Notes under the pieces: generated by a model
What the model saw: the letters and a program-made list of their open reading frames with translations, nothing else
Databases searched by the model: none
What the model was told of the DNA's origin: nothing
Shown: positions 1 through 11,131 of the stretch, one piece after another
Layout of the letters: each line of letters opens with the position of its first letter
Position numbering within the stretch: position 1 is the first letter of the stretch
Position numbers and translations under genes: made by a program
Assembly: GCF_035084215.1 (NCBI RefSeq)
Contig: NC_090335.1
Location: forward strand, 62,868,001 to 62,932,000
Source of the DNA: Heptranchias perlo
Lineage: Eukaryota
Direction of reading: 5' to 3'
Length of the DNA stretch: 64,000 nucleotides

Positions 1-576
1 AAAAGTAACCATTTTATTTGAAGAGGTTTGGGATGTTTGTGAGAGCTATGATAAATGTTGATGATAGATAAATGCAGCTTCTTCTTTATTTCCTCCTCCA
101 TAGTTGTGTCATATTTGATTGCCTCAGAATGAGAACATCACGGAAAAAGCATATTTATGATTTAGAGAACAGAGGAAACCTTCATAAATGCATTTACAAT
201 GTTTCTACATGAAGCAACCAATAGAATTCTTAATCCCATATGTACTCCCCAGGATATATGCATTAAGGTGGACTATTTTCTGGTGGGGGTGGGGGGGTCA
301 CATACCATTACACATTGATGAAATAATAACCCTTCCTATTGAAGTATGGCATAGGAGGGCACAAATTGCTGCATACTTACAGCCAATGATGGCCACTAGC
401 TTGGGGAACTTTCAAATGTTACAAATTCTTGCTTCCTCTCCAGCTGCTGTTGGTCTCATATGAAGCGTACATAGGCGGGTCATGTTAAAATGGGGCTTCA
501 GTTAACTCCTTACTGTGTTGGTGGACAGCATTGTGAATAACTCCTGAGATCTTCCCTGTAGTATAAAAGTTCAATG

Positions 577-1048
577 TCAGCCCTGGCTCAGTGATAGCAC
601 TCTGACTTCTGAATCAGAAGGTTGTGCTCAAGTCTCCAGAGTTCTAGTACCACTCCGGAGACTTGAGCACAAATATCTAGGCCAACACTCCAATGCAGTA
701 CTGACGGAGTGCTGCATTGTCAGAGATGCCATCTTTCGGATGAGATGTAAAACCAAGTCTGCTCTCTCAGGCGGTTGTAAAAGATCCTATGGCATTATTT
801 CGAAGAAGAGAAGGACAGTTCTCTCTGGTGTCCTGGCCAATATTTATCCCTCAACCAACATGAAAAAAAAGCAGATGATCTGGTCATTATCACATTGCTG
901 TTTGTAGGACCTTGCTGTGCGCAGATTGGCTGCCACGTTTCCAACATTACAATAGTGACTACATTTCAAAAGTATTTCATTGGCTGTAAAATGATTTGGG
1001 ATGCCCTGAGTTCATGAAAGGTGCTATATAAATGTAAGTCTTTCTTTT
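577..1048 (+). mobile_element. tRNA-derived SINE with Deu-domain core and L2-type tail (SacSINE1-like), near full length
   Basis: tRNA-like head (GTCAGCCCTGGCTCAGTGATAGCACTCTG), core CAGTACTGACGGAGTGCTGCATTGTCAGAGATGCC, tail AAAGGTGCTATATAAATGTAAGTCTTTCTTT that resembles the L2 3' end at 14320-14355; many copies in the window. Confidence 0.8.
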
Positions 1049-1339
1049 TACCTTAATTCCCCGCACTGGTTGTCCAGTGTCATTGGTTGACTGCACCTGT
1101 AGGTCTTTGTGGACCAGCTGACACAGTTCAGTCACATCATTCCTGATGATCCTGAGCCTCATCATGCAGTGGTGCTCTCTCGTATCCTGGTAGGTGACTC
1201 GGGTCGATTGGCTCCCCGGAGTAGTTTGCTTCATGCCACATGTGCTCCTGGGCCCTCCTCTTCTTGATCGACGAATAGCTCACAATGGCCACTATGCCCA
1301 TTCTGTGACTGGAAAACCCACTGCACTATTCACTTCTGA

Positions 1340-1438
1340 TGTGGAAACATTTGCCTGAGGAAGGAGAAAATCTCCGAAAGCTTGTGAATTTAAAATAAAA
1401 TTGCTGGACTATAACTTGGTGTTGTAAAATTGTTTACA
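1340..1438 (+). mobile_element. Penelope 3'-end mini-insertion with hammerhead-like motif
   Basis: Matches the Penelope ends at 3841-3906 and 48462-48553; flanked by 15-bp TSD ACTATTCACTTCTGA (1325-1339, 1439-1453). Confidence 0.75.
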
Positions 1439-1998
1439 ACTATTCACTTCTGACAAGGCTGCGCTGATACATTCAAAGCTTACCCTTCCTTCATATGACT
1501 AACACCCATTCAGAGTTCAGGACTCCCATTTTGTTCAAATTTCCCCTGCATAATTTTCTCAGGATCGGCCTTTAACAAGATCTTCACATTCCTTAACAAA
1601 CACATTTTTATTCTTAATTTACCTTCACCCTTTTCAGGCTGTGAGCAAGACCCAAATAGGAATAATGATGGTCAAATCACTTTCTGCTTCCTACCTTATT
1701 CATCTGTATACTTACGTTGATTTTTTCATTCAAATTAATACCCAGAGAACAATATAGCCCTAAGACTTTCTACAATATAAAGAAGAACTTACATTGTGTA
1801 ATGCAGCCCATGACAGATGTGGATTTTTATCAAGCAATTTTTCCATGACATTTGTTTTACTGTTTGGAATAATTTATTGTTTTGATATGGACCAGATGGT
1901 ATTTTTGTACGTGGCTGTAGGGAATTGGTAACCCTGAATGAATCCTATAAGAGGTCAACTGATTTAAAATCTGTTGATCCTGATGGTTGAAACTTTAG

Positions 1999-2696
1999 TA
2001 AAAGCAAAATACTGCAGATAAGGAAATCTGAAATAAAAACAGAAAATGCTGGAAATACTCAACAGGTCAGGCAGCATCTGTGGAGAGAGAAACAGAGTTA
2101 ACGTTTCAGGTCGATGACCTTTTGTCAGAGCTGGAAGATGTAAAGATTTAACAGTAATTAAGCAAGTACAGAGCCGGGGAAAGAGGTGGGGGAGGGGAGG
2201 GTAGGAAAGAGCAAAAGGGACGGTCTGTGATAGGGTGGAGGGCAGGAGTGATTAAATAATAAAAGAGATGATTGTGCAAGGCAAGGAGGGTGGTAATGGG
2301 ACAAGTAAAGAAACAAACGATGGGTCTAGCGGAGCTGTAAATGGCAACAAAGAACCATTACCAGCATCTACCGTCCAAAAAAATGGGAGCAGTGGTTATG
2401 GTCTGAAGTTATTGAAATCAATGTTGAGGTGGTAAAGTGCCCAATTGAAAGATGAGATGCTGTTCCTCGAGCTTACGCTGAGCTTCAATGGAACAGTGTA
2501 AGAGGCCGAGGACAGAGAGGTCAGAGTGGGAGTGAGACGGAGAGTTACAATGGCAATCACCGCAAGCTCAGGGTCACGCCTGCAGACTGAATGGAGGTGT
2601 TCAGCAAAGCAATCGCCCAATCTGAGTTTGGTCTCCCCACTGGAGAGGAGACCGCACTGTGAATAGCGAATAGAGTATACTAAACTAAAAGAAGTA
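1999..2696 (-). mobile_element. Penelope-like element 3' fragment (GIY-YIG remnant plus 3' UTR), left arm of inverted pair
   Basis: ORF 2396-2620 (GDCFAEHLHSVCR...NIDFNNFRP) is a GIY-YIG C-terminal remnant; reverse complement of 2713-3357. Confidence 0.8.
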
Positions 2697-2712
2697 AACA
2701 GCGATTTACTTG

Positions 2713-3357
2713 TACTTCTTTCAATTTAGTATACTCTATTCGCTATTCACAATGTGGTCTCCTCTATGTTGGGGAGACCAAACGCAGATTGGGTGATCGC
2801 TTTGCTGAACACCTCCTCTCAGTCTGCAGGCTGTCGGTCGCTTGCCATTTTAATTCTCCATCCCACTCCCACTCTGACCTCTCTGTCCTCAACCTTCTAA
2901 ACTGTTCCAATGAAGCTCAATGGAAGCTCAAGGAACAGCACCTCATCTTTCAATTGGGCATTTTACAACCTTCTGGACTCAACATTTATTTCAATAACTT
3001 CAGACCGTAACCACTGCTCCCATTTTTTCAGACAGCAGGTGCTGGTTATGGTTCTGTTGTAGTTTACAGTTCCTCTAGACCCATCTTTTGTTTCGTTACT
3101 TGTCCCATTACCACCCTCCTTGCCTTGCACCATCATCCCTTTTGTCATTTAATCACTCCTGCCCTCCACCCTATCACAGACCTTCCCTTTTGTTCTTTCC
3201 TCCCCTCCCCCACCGCTTCCCTGGCTCTGTACTTGCTTAAAAACTGTTAAATCTTTACTTCTTCCAGCTCTGACAAAAGGTCTTCGACCTGAAACGTTAA
3301 CTCTGTTTCTCTCTGCACAGACGCTGCCTGACCTGTTGAGTATTTCCAACATTTTCA
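2713..3357 (+). mobile_element. Penelope-like element 3' fragment (GIY-YIG remnant plus 3' UTR), right arm of inverted pair
   Basis: ORF 2789-3010 (GDRFAEHL...VACHFNSPSHS...KLKEQHLIFQLGILQPSGLN) matches the Penelope GIY-YIG C-terminal pattern. Confidence 0.8.
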
Positions 3358-3392
3358 GTTGAAGCTTTAGAATTGACCAATTTTAACTGTAG

Positions 3393-3447
3393 GAAAGCTG
3401 GGATTCGTTAAAACTGAAAAAAGTGAGATCAAGTCGTTCCACTGAAG
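3393..3447 (+). CDS. Candidate internal coding exon of unidentified host gene (ESWDSLKLKKVRSSRSTE)
   Basis: TTTTAACTGTAG acceptor, 55 nt with one open frame, AAG|GTATTA donor; non-repetitive sequence; no homology recognised. Confidence 0.35.
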
Positions 3448-3555
3448 GTATTACTATTTTGTGATGCAGTATTTTCAGGATGCCAAAGGTGAAAGTGATG
3501 TTCAACTGAATAATTCATATTTTATATGTTACATTAGAGAACCATAACCTTTTTA

Positions 3556-4022
3556 CGGTAACCCCACCAGGGGGAAAAAAGAGTTATCTGTTTTTAATAC
3601 AACTGGTCATTCTTTCTCTTTCTCTTCCTTTCGGATGTTTCTCTCTCTCTCTCTCCCTCTCTTTCTTTGGTTCTGGCCGTTTGTATATTCAGTTGTCTGG
3701 GGTATCTAAGGTTTCTCTGTCTGAACACTATTCAATTCAATTGATGTCCTTGATAACGGGCAGTTGGAAAGATTATCTGTAATCACCAGGCATTGTTCTG
3801 TGACTATATATGCGGTAATTTTCAATGAATCGCGACACTCGCCTGACGAAGGAGAAAGTCTCCGAAAGCTTGTGATTTTCAAATAAAACTGTTGGACTAT
3901 AACCTGATGTGGAGATGCCGGTGATGGACTGGGGTTGACAATTGTAAACAATTTTACAACACCAAGTTATAGTCCAGCAATTTTATTTTAAATAACCTGG
4001 TGTTGTAAGATTCCTTACATTT
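3556..4022 (+). mobile_element. Penelope 3' UTR/pLTR fragment with nested inverted Penelope end (3907-3992)
   Basis: Homologous to the reverse complement of 48462-48845; nested piece flanked by TAACCTG duplication (3900-3906, 3993-3999). Confidence 0.75.
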
Positions 4023-4554
4023 AGCAATAGAGGCATTGGTTTTGGGTGGTACTTACTTAGAGTGGCGCAGGACCAGTAGATCTGAGTTAAGAACATACGA
4101 AAAAGGACAGGTCCATCCAGCCATCCTCATCCAAACGTAGTTACAGCCTTGTGCACCATTGACCTGTTCCCTCCCTAGTCACACATCTCCTGGGAGAGGC
4201 AATTTAGAAAAAACTGTGGGAAGGAAATTCCTCTCAGATCCCTAAGGCAATCCAGCAAGCACCAGTAGACGAGTTATACATTTGGTTCCACACACTTATC
4301 TCCCTGCTGCCATGGAAAATGGAACTGTGCGCATATGTATTTGCATACGTATGAAGAGCTCCACTTACTGATGTTCTTGTTAAATTTTAATGTTAGCACA
4401 GATCAGACTGAACCATTGGCTTTCTGATAGCATTCAAAATGAAGCCTAATAAACTCCCAGGTAGTCCAATAAGTAGCTTGTGAACTTATTGAACTTTGCA
4501 CGGCACTGCAATTATACTCCAGCCAGTACGAAGGCAAGTGGTGCAAGGGCACTA

Positions 4555-4662
4555 CCTGGAGGTGGACTCACACTTCCTGGAGGTGGTCTCACACTTCCTG
4601 GAGGTCATCTCACACTTCCTGGAGGTGGACTCACACTTTCTGGAGGTGGTCTCACACTTCCA
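4555..4662. repeat. 21-bp minisatellite, about 5 copies (CCTGGAGGTGGACTCACACTT)
   Basis: Direct tandem copies visible. Confidence 0.9.
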
Positions 4663-5159
4663 GCCTAAATTTGATTCGATGACTTCACATCTGAATTACA
4701 TGACGCAGTTTGCACTGATATGAAACCCAAACTGCTTCATGTAAAAGCAAACTTTCTAGTATAATTCTCCTATTTCTTACGTATAAGAGAGAGTATGAGA
4801 ACGTATGCTATCTGATTGTGGGTCAACATAGCAATTACTGATAGGTATAGGCCATTGTGTCAGCAGAGCTAATTGACTATTGAATTACTGCACTAAGATT
4901 TAGGGTGCTGAAGGAAGCAGCTCGACATGATACCAGTCAAACATTACACAACTCACTCATCAAGCATAAACTATGGAATTGTTGCAGTATTAATACATGA
5001 GAAAATCATCTCTTGGATAGTCAAAACCACACTTACTGCACGTACTAGATTCATTGTACCAGACATATGAGTCACCAATTACCAACTTCAATTTAAATTG
5101 GCTTCAGTGAAGTACTTGGAACAACTAATGGGAACTTTCTTCCTGGAAGAAATTTTCCT

Positions 5160-5297
5160 CCTAGAGAAAATTTGCAGGGCTACAGGAAAAGGACAGGGGA
5201 GTGAGACTAGCTGGATTGCTCTTGCATAGAGCCAGCATGAACTTGATGGGCCAAAAGGCCTCCTTCCGTGCTGTAACCTTTCTATGATTCTATGACT
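5160..5297 (+). mobile_element. CR1 3' tail fragment
   Basis: GATGGGCCAAAAGGCCTCCTTCCGTGCTGTAACC followed by TTCTATGATTCTATGA. Confidence 0.75.
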
Positions 5298-5389
5298 CTG
5301 TGCCGTTCCCTTCTTGAACAAGATGGTACTCCAACTCTGGTGCTGCCTCATCCAGCTTTAATACCAGATTATCCTTCAATAATTTATTG

Positions 5390-5392
<3 letters not shown>

Positions 5393-5423
<31 letters not shown>
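5393..5423. repeat. (CA)n microsatellite
   Basis: Direct. Confidence 0.95.
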
Positions 5424-5426
<3 letters not shown>

Positions 5427-5539
5427 CAAGACTGTACTTTTCTCTGTTTTTAATGTGAACTTTTGTGTGTGAATTTTCTTTTAAAATGGACACTTAGCAC
5501 CTCAGGAGACTTCCTGCGAACTTATTTTATTTAATTCAG

Positions 5540-5607
5540 TTTTTATTGCAAATGTTTGTTGTGCAAAAGAAACATCGTCAGTTTGAAAAGATACAAAATG
5601 GATGACT
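5540..5607 (+). CDS. Candidate internal exon (FYCKCLLCKRNIVSLKRYKMDD)
   Basis: TTTTATTTAATTCAG acceptor, strong GTAAGT donor at 5608, one open frame; its start phase does not join 3393-3447 directly. Confidence 0.3.
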
Positions 5608-5859
5608 GTAAGTCAACATATGGATTTTAGCGCAAAACCATTGTTTGCCCCCAGAAAACCTTTTAATTTCTTCCATGAACAAATTGCTGAAGATGCCAGA
5701 ATGATTGTGGTTTTATTTGAAAATCTAGATAGCTGGCATGAGATCAGACATCGTGGACATTTTACTATTTCTGATCTCATCATAAATACAACCACACACA
5801 CACAAATACACACACAGACACACACACATATACACACACATATGCGCACACAACTTTTG

Positions 5860-6210
5860 AAGCTTCAAGGAACACATAACCAATGAAGCACTTTTGAAGT
5901 ATCATCACTGTCGTAATGTAGCAGCTAATTTGGGCACAGCAAGATCCCACAAACAGCAATGAGTTAAATGACCAGATAATCTGTTTTAGTAATGTTGGTT
6001 GAGGGATAATTGTTGGCCAGGACACCGGGAGAACTTCCCTGCTCTTCTTCGAATAGTGCCATGGGATTTTTATGTTCACCTGAAAGAGCAGATGGGGCCT
6101 TGATTTAACGTTTCATCTGAAAGGCGGCACCTCCAAAGGTGCAGTACTCCATTAATAGCATCTGGATTATATGCTCAAGTCTCTAGAGTGGACTTGAATC
6201 CACGACCTAA
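5860..6210 (-). mobile_element. SacSINE1-like SINE
   Basis: Reverse-complement similarity to 577-1048. Confidence 0.75.
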
Positions 6211-6984
6211 GCAGGCACTGTAGCAGGAGGAGCGAGAGAGCATCAGATGCTGCACAGGAGGTGACTTAGCATCAGCTTTAACTGCCTGGTTACGCTGGTA
6301 TGCATTTGAATCAGCACCATTTCATTATCTAGAGAGACCTAGGGTCACCTCAAAAAGCTGCTTCCTAACAGATCATTTAATTCTGTTGTATTATCACTGA
6401 AAAGGCCAAGACTGAAAATGTTATGACTGGAGATGCCAGCTTGGCACATGATGAAAAGTTCTTTTACAGTTGTGGTTTGGGTGGCTTGTTAAAAAGATGC
6501 AGGAAGAAGCTTGCATTGCTGCTTCTCCTGTATCTGATCCAATAGGAGAACGATCCATTCTCAAGTATTAGTGACCTTTAATGAATAAACATAAAAAATG
6601 AACCGATGACTTGGTAATTGCCAGGTACAATGTAAACAATTGCGTCTCTGAATGACTCATGCTAGAGTATCCTTTGTTAGATCCCAGGCAGAGCTTTTTT
6701 TTGAAGTAGTGCATCTGCTAGGTATTAACAAATGATAAAATTCTGTCTAAAATTTCAGAGAGTTGACTTAATGTTTCCATCTGCCTGATGCTGTCTTAAT
6801 TCTGCTCTTTAACTGCGGGCTCCTCTCCTGTTACTTTCTTATGTTGAAAGCGTTCAAAAAATAAGATGCAGAACTTATTTAATGCAGACATACAGGAGAC
6901 ATGCTCAGTTTGGATGGGAGACAGGCACCATTTATGTGGGTATTCACCAACTCAGTTAGTCCATTTTTTTATATATTACAAGAG

Positions 6985-7395
6985 AGAAAGAACCTATACA
7001 ACACCTTTCACCGCCTCAGGATGTACCAAAGCACTTCACAGCTAGTTAACTCACTAAACTGTAATCATCGTTGTTTTCAAGGCAAATAATTTGTGCACAG
7101 AAAGGCTTCACAAACAGTAGTGAGATAAATGACCAGACAGCTTGTTTTTGGTGATGTTTCTTGAAGGAAGAATGTTGGTCAGGGCACTGGAAGAACTCCC
7201 TACGCTCTTCAAATGGCATTTTGTTCATCCGCCAGTCAGGGCCTTAGTTTACCATCTTAACCAAGCAACAGCACCCTTAACAATGCAACACTCTCTCAGT
7301 ACTCCGCTGAAGTGCAAGCCTAAATTATGTGCTTGAGCCAAGGAGTGGGACTTGAACCCACAACCTTCTGACACAGTGCCGCCACTACGCCAAGT
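6985..7395 (-). mobile_element. SacSINE1-like SINE
   Basis: Reverse-complement similarity to 577-1048. Confidence 0.7.
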
Positions 7396-7404
7396 TGACA
7401 TGAT

Positions 7405-7800
7405 ATTTTTCTCATATTTCCTTCCCTCAGTTCCTGAAGGTGCTCGTCCTTGCTGGGATATAATTCCACAGGCACCAGCAGCCCTCTGCTACTACACACT
7501 AGTGACATTCTTCATGTGTGAGCCTAGACAATGAGCATTGACAGGCTACTCGATAGTGGAGCACTGCACTGAGACTAATCCCGTCCTCACTCAACACCCA
7601 CATGTGCCCCTTCAGCATGAGTCAATGCATAATGATCCTTCACCCTTCCTAAACCACTGAGACCTACTGTAGCACTGCCACCTGCTGCCCAATTCAACCA
7701 GCTAACTCTGTACAGACCAGGGAATGACCCTTGAACCTTCTGGCCTGTATGACATATTACTACACCAGATTGTACCCTTACCAACAAAGCCATTGGGCAG
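7405..7800 (-). mobile_element. Second tRNA-derived SINE family (AmnSINE2-like)
   Basis: Shared motifs GAGTTAGCTG and CATTGTCTAGGCTCACACATGAAGAATG recur at 22740, 29480, 36140, 40310; family name from recall. Confidence 0.6.
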
Positions 7801-8959
7801 TTACTTCTCCTGCTCTTCAATACACTATGTTCTAAAGTTATCCAGCTGACATTAAAGAGTTGACCCCAAGCCACACACGACTCATGTAGCTCCAGAATCA
7901 AAAGCACTGTCAGCCTTATCCACATATGCTATGTCTGAAATGTCTGACTCAGTAAAGTCAGTTTCCAGTGGTGATTACTTTCACAAGGGACAAAATAAGC
8001 TTTAAGACATAAATTACAGCAGTGTCGGGGCCAATTTAGAAATTGTTGACATTTCTGAAATAAGCCTCATTGTAGGTTAGACAAAGTCATGAGTTGCTCT
8101 AATTAAGCATGGCGATAAGACCAGAGCTCAGACATTTCTGAGGTTTCATTATAAACATTGTTTGATTCTTTTTCAGACATCTTCTGAGATCCCCCAAATG
8201 TCTAGGACCCGCATCGCCCCCACACATCTCAGAAAGTTAGACAGTGACTCACTGATGGTAAAATTGTGGCACCTTTTCCAGTCAAGGGTTTGCTTACAGA
8301 TAGGAAATGTAAATGAACCGAGGTGAAACGTGGCAGATAAAGTACTTGGACACTGTCCCTGGGATATCTTCATTAGCAATCTCTCCTGGAGATGACAGAC
8401 CTGCAATAACTCTGTGATTGCCTTTGAACTTTGTTGCTGATACAATCCACATCCCCTTACCAGATTAAGAAAGCTGTTAGGAATCTCTTCCTTATTTGGT
8501 TGTCCACAAGAGCATTTTTTAAAATCAGACAATTAAACAATAGATTTTTAATCTATTGCGCCATGAAATAATGGAAATCCTGGAGACACATTTTTGTGGT
8601 CTTGGTGTTTCGTTGTGCTTGGCTGCAAACCTTTGGGTAATACTTCCAGTTCCTAAATGTGCACTCACAATTTGTTCATCTCACTGACATCTTGGCCTGA
8701 AATTGTCTGGAAATTGCCCATTTGTACAAGGATAGTCCCGTGCTTGGTTTTCAGATGCATGGTGCACTTGTACACAAAATAGCATTTAATTTGACTTTTT
8801 TGACATTATTTTATTTTCTAAAATTCCAACCCCATCTTTCACCTTTCCTCAGATTTACTCATCTATTTTCAGTGTACTGTTGTGCTCCAAAGTGATGTTC
8901 GATGATGTGTGAAGTGATGGATTCAGCACTTATCAACTTCAGCGCTAAGTGTGGCCTGA

Positions 8960-9065
8960 CTTATATCGAATGTATAGCACAGAGACAGGCCGTTCGGCCC
9001 AACAGGTTCCATGCCGGTGTTTATGCTCCACACAAGCCTCCTCCCACCCTTCCTCATCTAACCCC
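8960..9065 (-). mobile_element. CR1 3' tail fragment
   Basis: Reverse complement of the 16920-17020 tail. Confidence 0.7.
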
Positions 9066-9881
9066 ATAATATTTTATAAGAAGGCTACACCAGACTTTGA
9101 GATTTTTCACTTTGTGTCCAGCATTCTCATATCTTACCACATTATTGTCTCATTTCTTCAGCCATTTCACTCCTCCCCCACTAAAAAATTACCACAGGTA
9201 ACACCTGTGGCCATCTTGATAAGTGGGATGGGCGCTGGAATATTAAAAATTAAAATGCCATGATATGTTTAAATGCTACTTTTTTTAACTGAATATGCTG
9301 TATGTCAGTATCAGGGCCACCATGGCTGACTAAGTCAAATTCTATTTCGTTACATGGGATTCCAGGATTTTTACTGGTGTTTTGGGAACTGCATTCTATG
9401 ATTCCATCTTTTTTTGTGTGAAACTTTAGATCAATGGATTTGGTAACAAGAGGAATCTCACAGCTTTCGGTGGAGTATCCCTTTAATATTTTCAAAGTTT
9501 TCTCATTAACAGTGCACTCCAAAATTCCTGTAGAGGGACATAGATTGGGGTGCTGTGAGCATGTTCCTCGGACCTAGCTGTGAAGTGCCTTAGGAAATTC
9601 TTTATTTGAAAGGCCCTATACAAATGCAGGAATATTAGACGATGCCTCACCAAGGACCATTGACACACATGAGGACCTATGATCAAACACAAAAGGTTCT
9701 TCAGCAACTAACAAGATTCAAGTTAATAAAATATCCATCTATTCATTGACAAAAGTATTTATACAGGATATATTGGTTAAGTTTAAAAGGTCGTTTGGAC
9801 GGTAATCCTGCTCAGAAGATGTATTCTAAAATGTGTGCTTTTCAATTCGTGAAAATAATTTTATTGTTGTTATTTTTATAG

Positions 9882-9963
9882 CTGGAAACTTACAGGACAG
9901 AAATGTTGTCTAAAGAAGGAGCCAGTCAATGTGATTGATTTGCCCGGGCCGTGGAGTTTCTAA
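9882..9963 (+). CDS. Candidate terminal coding exon of unidentified host gene (longest frame WKLTGQKCCLKKEPVNVIDLPGPWSF*)
   Basis: T-rich acceptor TTATTGTTGTTATTTTTATAG, shift to coding-like composition, stop, then AT-rich UTR-like tract with AATAAA at 10193; frame ambiguous (alternatives LETYRTEMLSKEGASQCD*, GNLQDRNVV*). Confidence 0.45.
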
Positions 9964-10192
9964 CAGATAGCACCATGGAGATACTGGACCCACACATGGA
10001 AAGAATGAATGACTACATTTCCCTGACTGACAAGTTATCCTCCTATCTTCACAGGAAGATGAATTGGGAGAATTTTTTTTTTAAAATGAAGTGGATTTAA
10101 TTAAAAATTTTGTTCTTAATTCCCAAAGTGTCTTGTTAAAGGTATAATTGAAGAGTGTTATTCGCATGTCAAAAGATAACTGGTATTTTACC

Positions 10193-10198
10193 AATAAA
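10193..10198 (+). promoter_or_regulatory. Candidate polyadenylation signal AATAAA
   Basis: About 230 nt after the candidate stop; another AATAAA near 10346. Confidence 0.3.
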
Positions 10199-10581
10199 TT
10201 ACTGATGCCTATATGGAGTGATGTTTTTCAATAATGTTCCTGTAAACTATGTCATATTCTTGATTTAACAAAATTTAATTAAAATTCAGTGTTCAAAATG
10301 ACAGTTTGCTGAACTGTGAACGTGAGAATTGGTGATAATTTCAAAAATAAATACGACATTAATGGTTGAATATTTCGCATAGTGCTGATAACATACAGGG
10401 TGTATAATGTACTCATCTGTTTAGATTCAATAGTATTAGCAATCAGATTATAAAACAGCTCCGTTCAGCCCTCTAAAGATGCTGACCCATATGAGGGCAT
10501 GTTGGCACCTCATTTCTAAGTATTCTCACACTGAGAAGTGAATGAGTAAATTTTCATGGGGTTAGCAAATGACCCTTAGAA

Positions 10582-10813
10582 TTCCAGCAGGGATCAGGTA
10601 TGTTGGGTCTTCAACAGGGATCAGGTAGGTTGGGTCTTCCAGCAGGGATCAGGTATGTTGGGTCTTACAGCAGGGATCAGGTAGGTTGGGTCTTACAGCA
10701 GGGATCAGGTAGGTTGGGTCTTCAACAGGGATCAGGTAGGTTGGGTCTTCCAGCAGGGATCAGGTAGGTTGGGTCTTCCAGCAGGGATCAGGTAGGTTGG
10801 GTCTTCCAGCAGC
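10582..10813. repeat. 27-28-bp minisatellite, about 8 copies (TTCCAGCAGGGATCAGGTAGGTTGGGTC)
   Basis: Head-to-tail copies with no spacers. Confidence 0.92.
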
Positions 10814-11131
10814 AGTCAAGTCAGGGCAGTGCTATCAGTAGGAGTCTGTTTAGGCCAGGTCAAAAGCCACCAGTGGGAATCGGATTAATAAGGGGGATTT
10901 AGCCACATTCCCAACATACCCCTTAAATCTGCTTCTGATTACTTTTAAACAATAAGTGTCAGCTGTTCCGATCTAGACATTCCTTTGTATGACTAACCCC
11001 CATTCTGAATGGAAGTTCACAAGACACCCCTGCATAAAGCAGACTTTTAACAAGGCCTGCACGATCCCCAACAAGCTAATTAATTTTTCTTTGGTAGTTC
11101 CATTCCGCTCCTTTTAGGCTACGGGAAAGAC

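Noticed and set aside
78-250. Polypyrimidine tract plus AG at 103 as an exon acceptor
   Set aside because: The tract largely derives from a SINE tail (ATAAATGCAGCTTCTTCTT); all frames stop before a plausible donor
577-680. tRNA gene
   Set aside because: Degenerate tRNA-derived SINE head continuous with the SINE body; no full cloverleaf
4480-4723. ORFs with (LPGGGLT)n or (FLEVDSH)n peptide repeats
   Set aside because: A by-product of the 21-bp tandem repeat; no splice or homology support
5602-5886. 94-aa ORF and antisense Cys/Val-rich ORFs
   Set aside because: Run through a (CA)-rich microsatellite and a SINE; no recognisable domain
10582-10813. CRISPR-like array of 28-bp repeats
   Set aside because: No unique spacers, no cas genes, eukaryotic context
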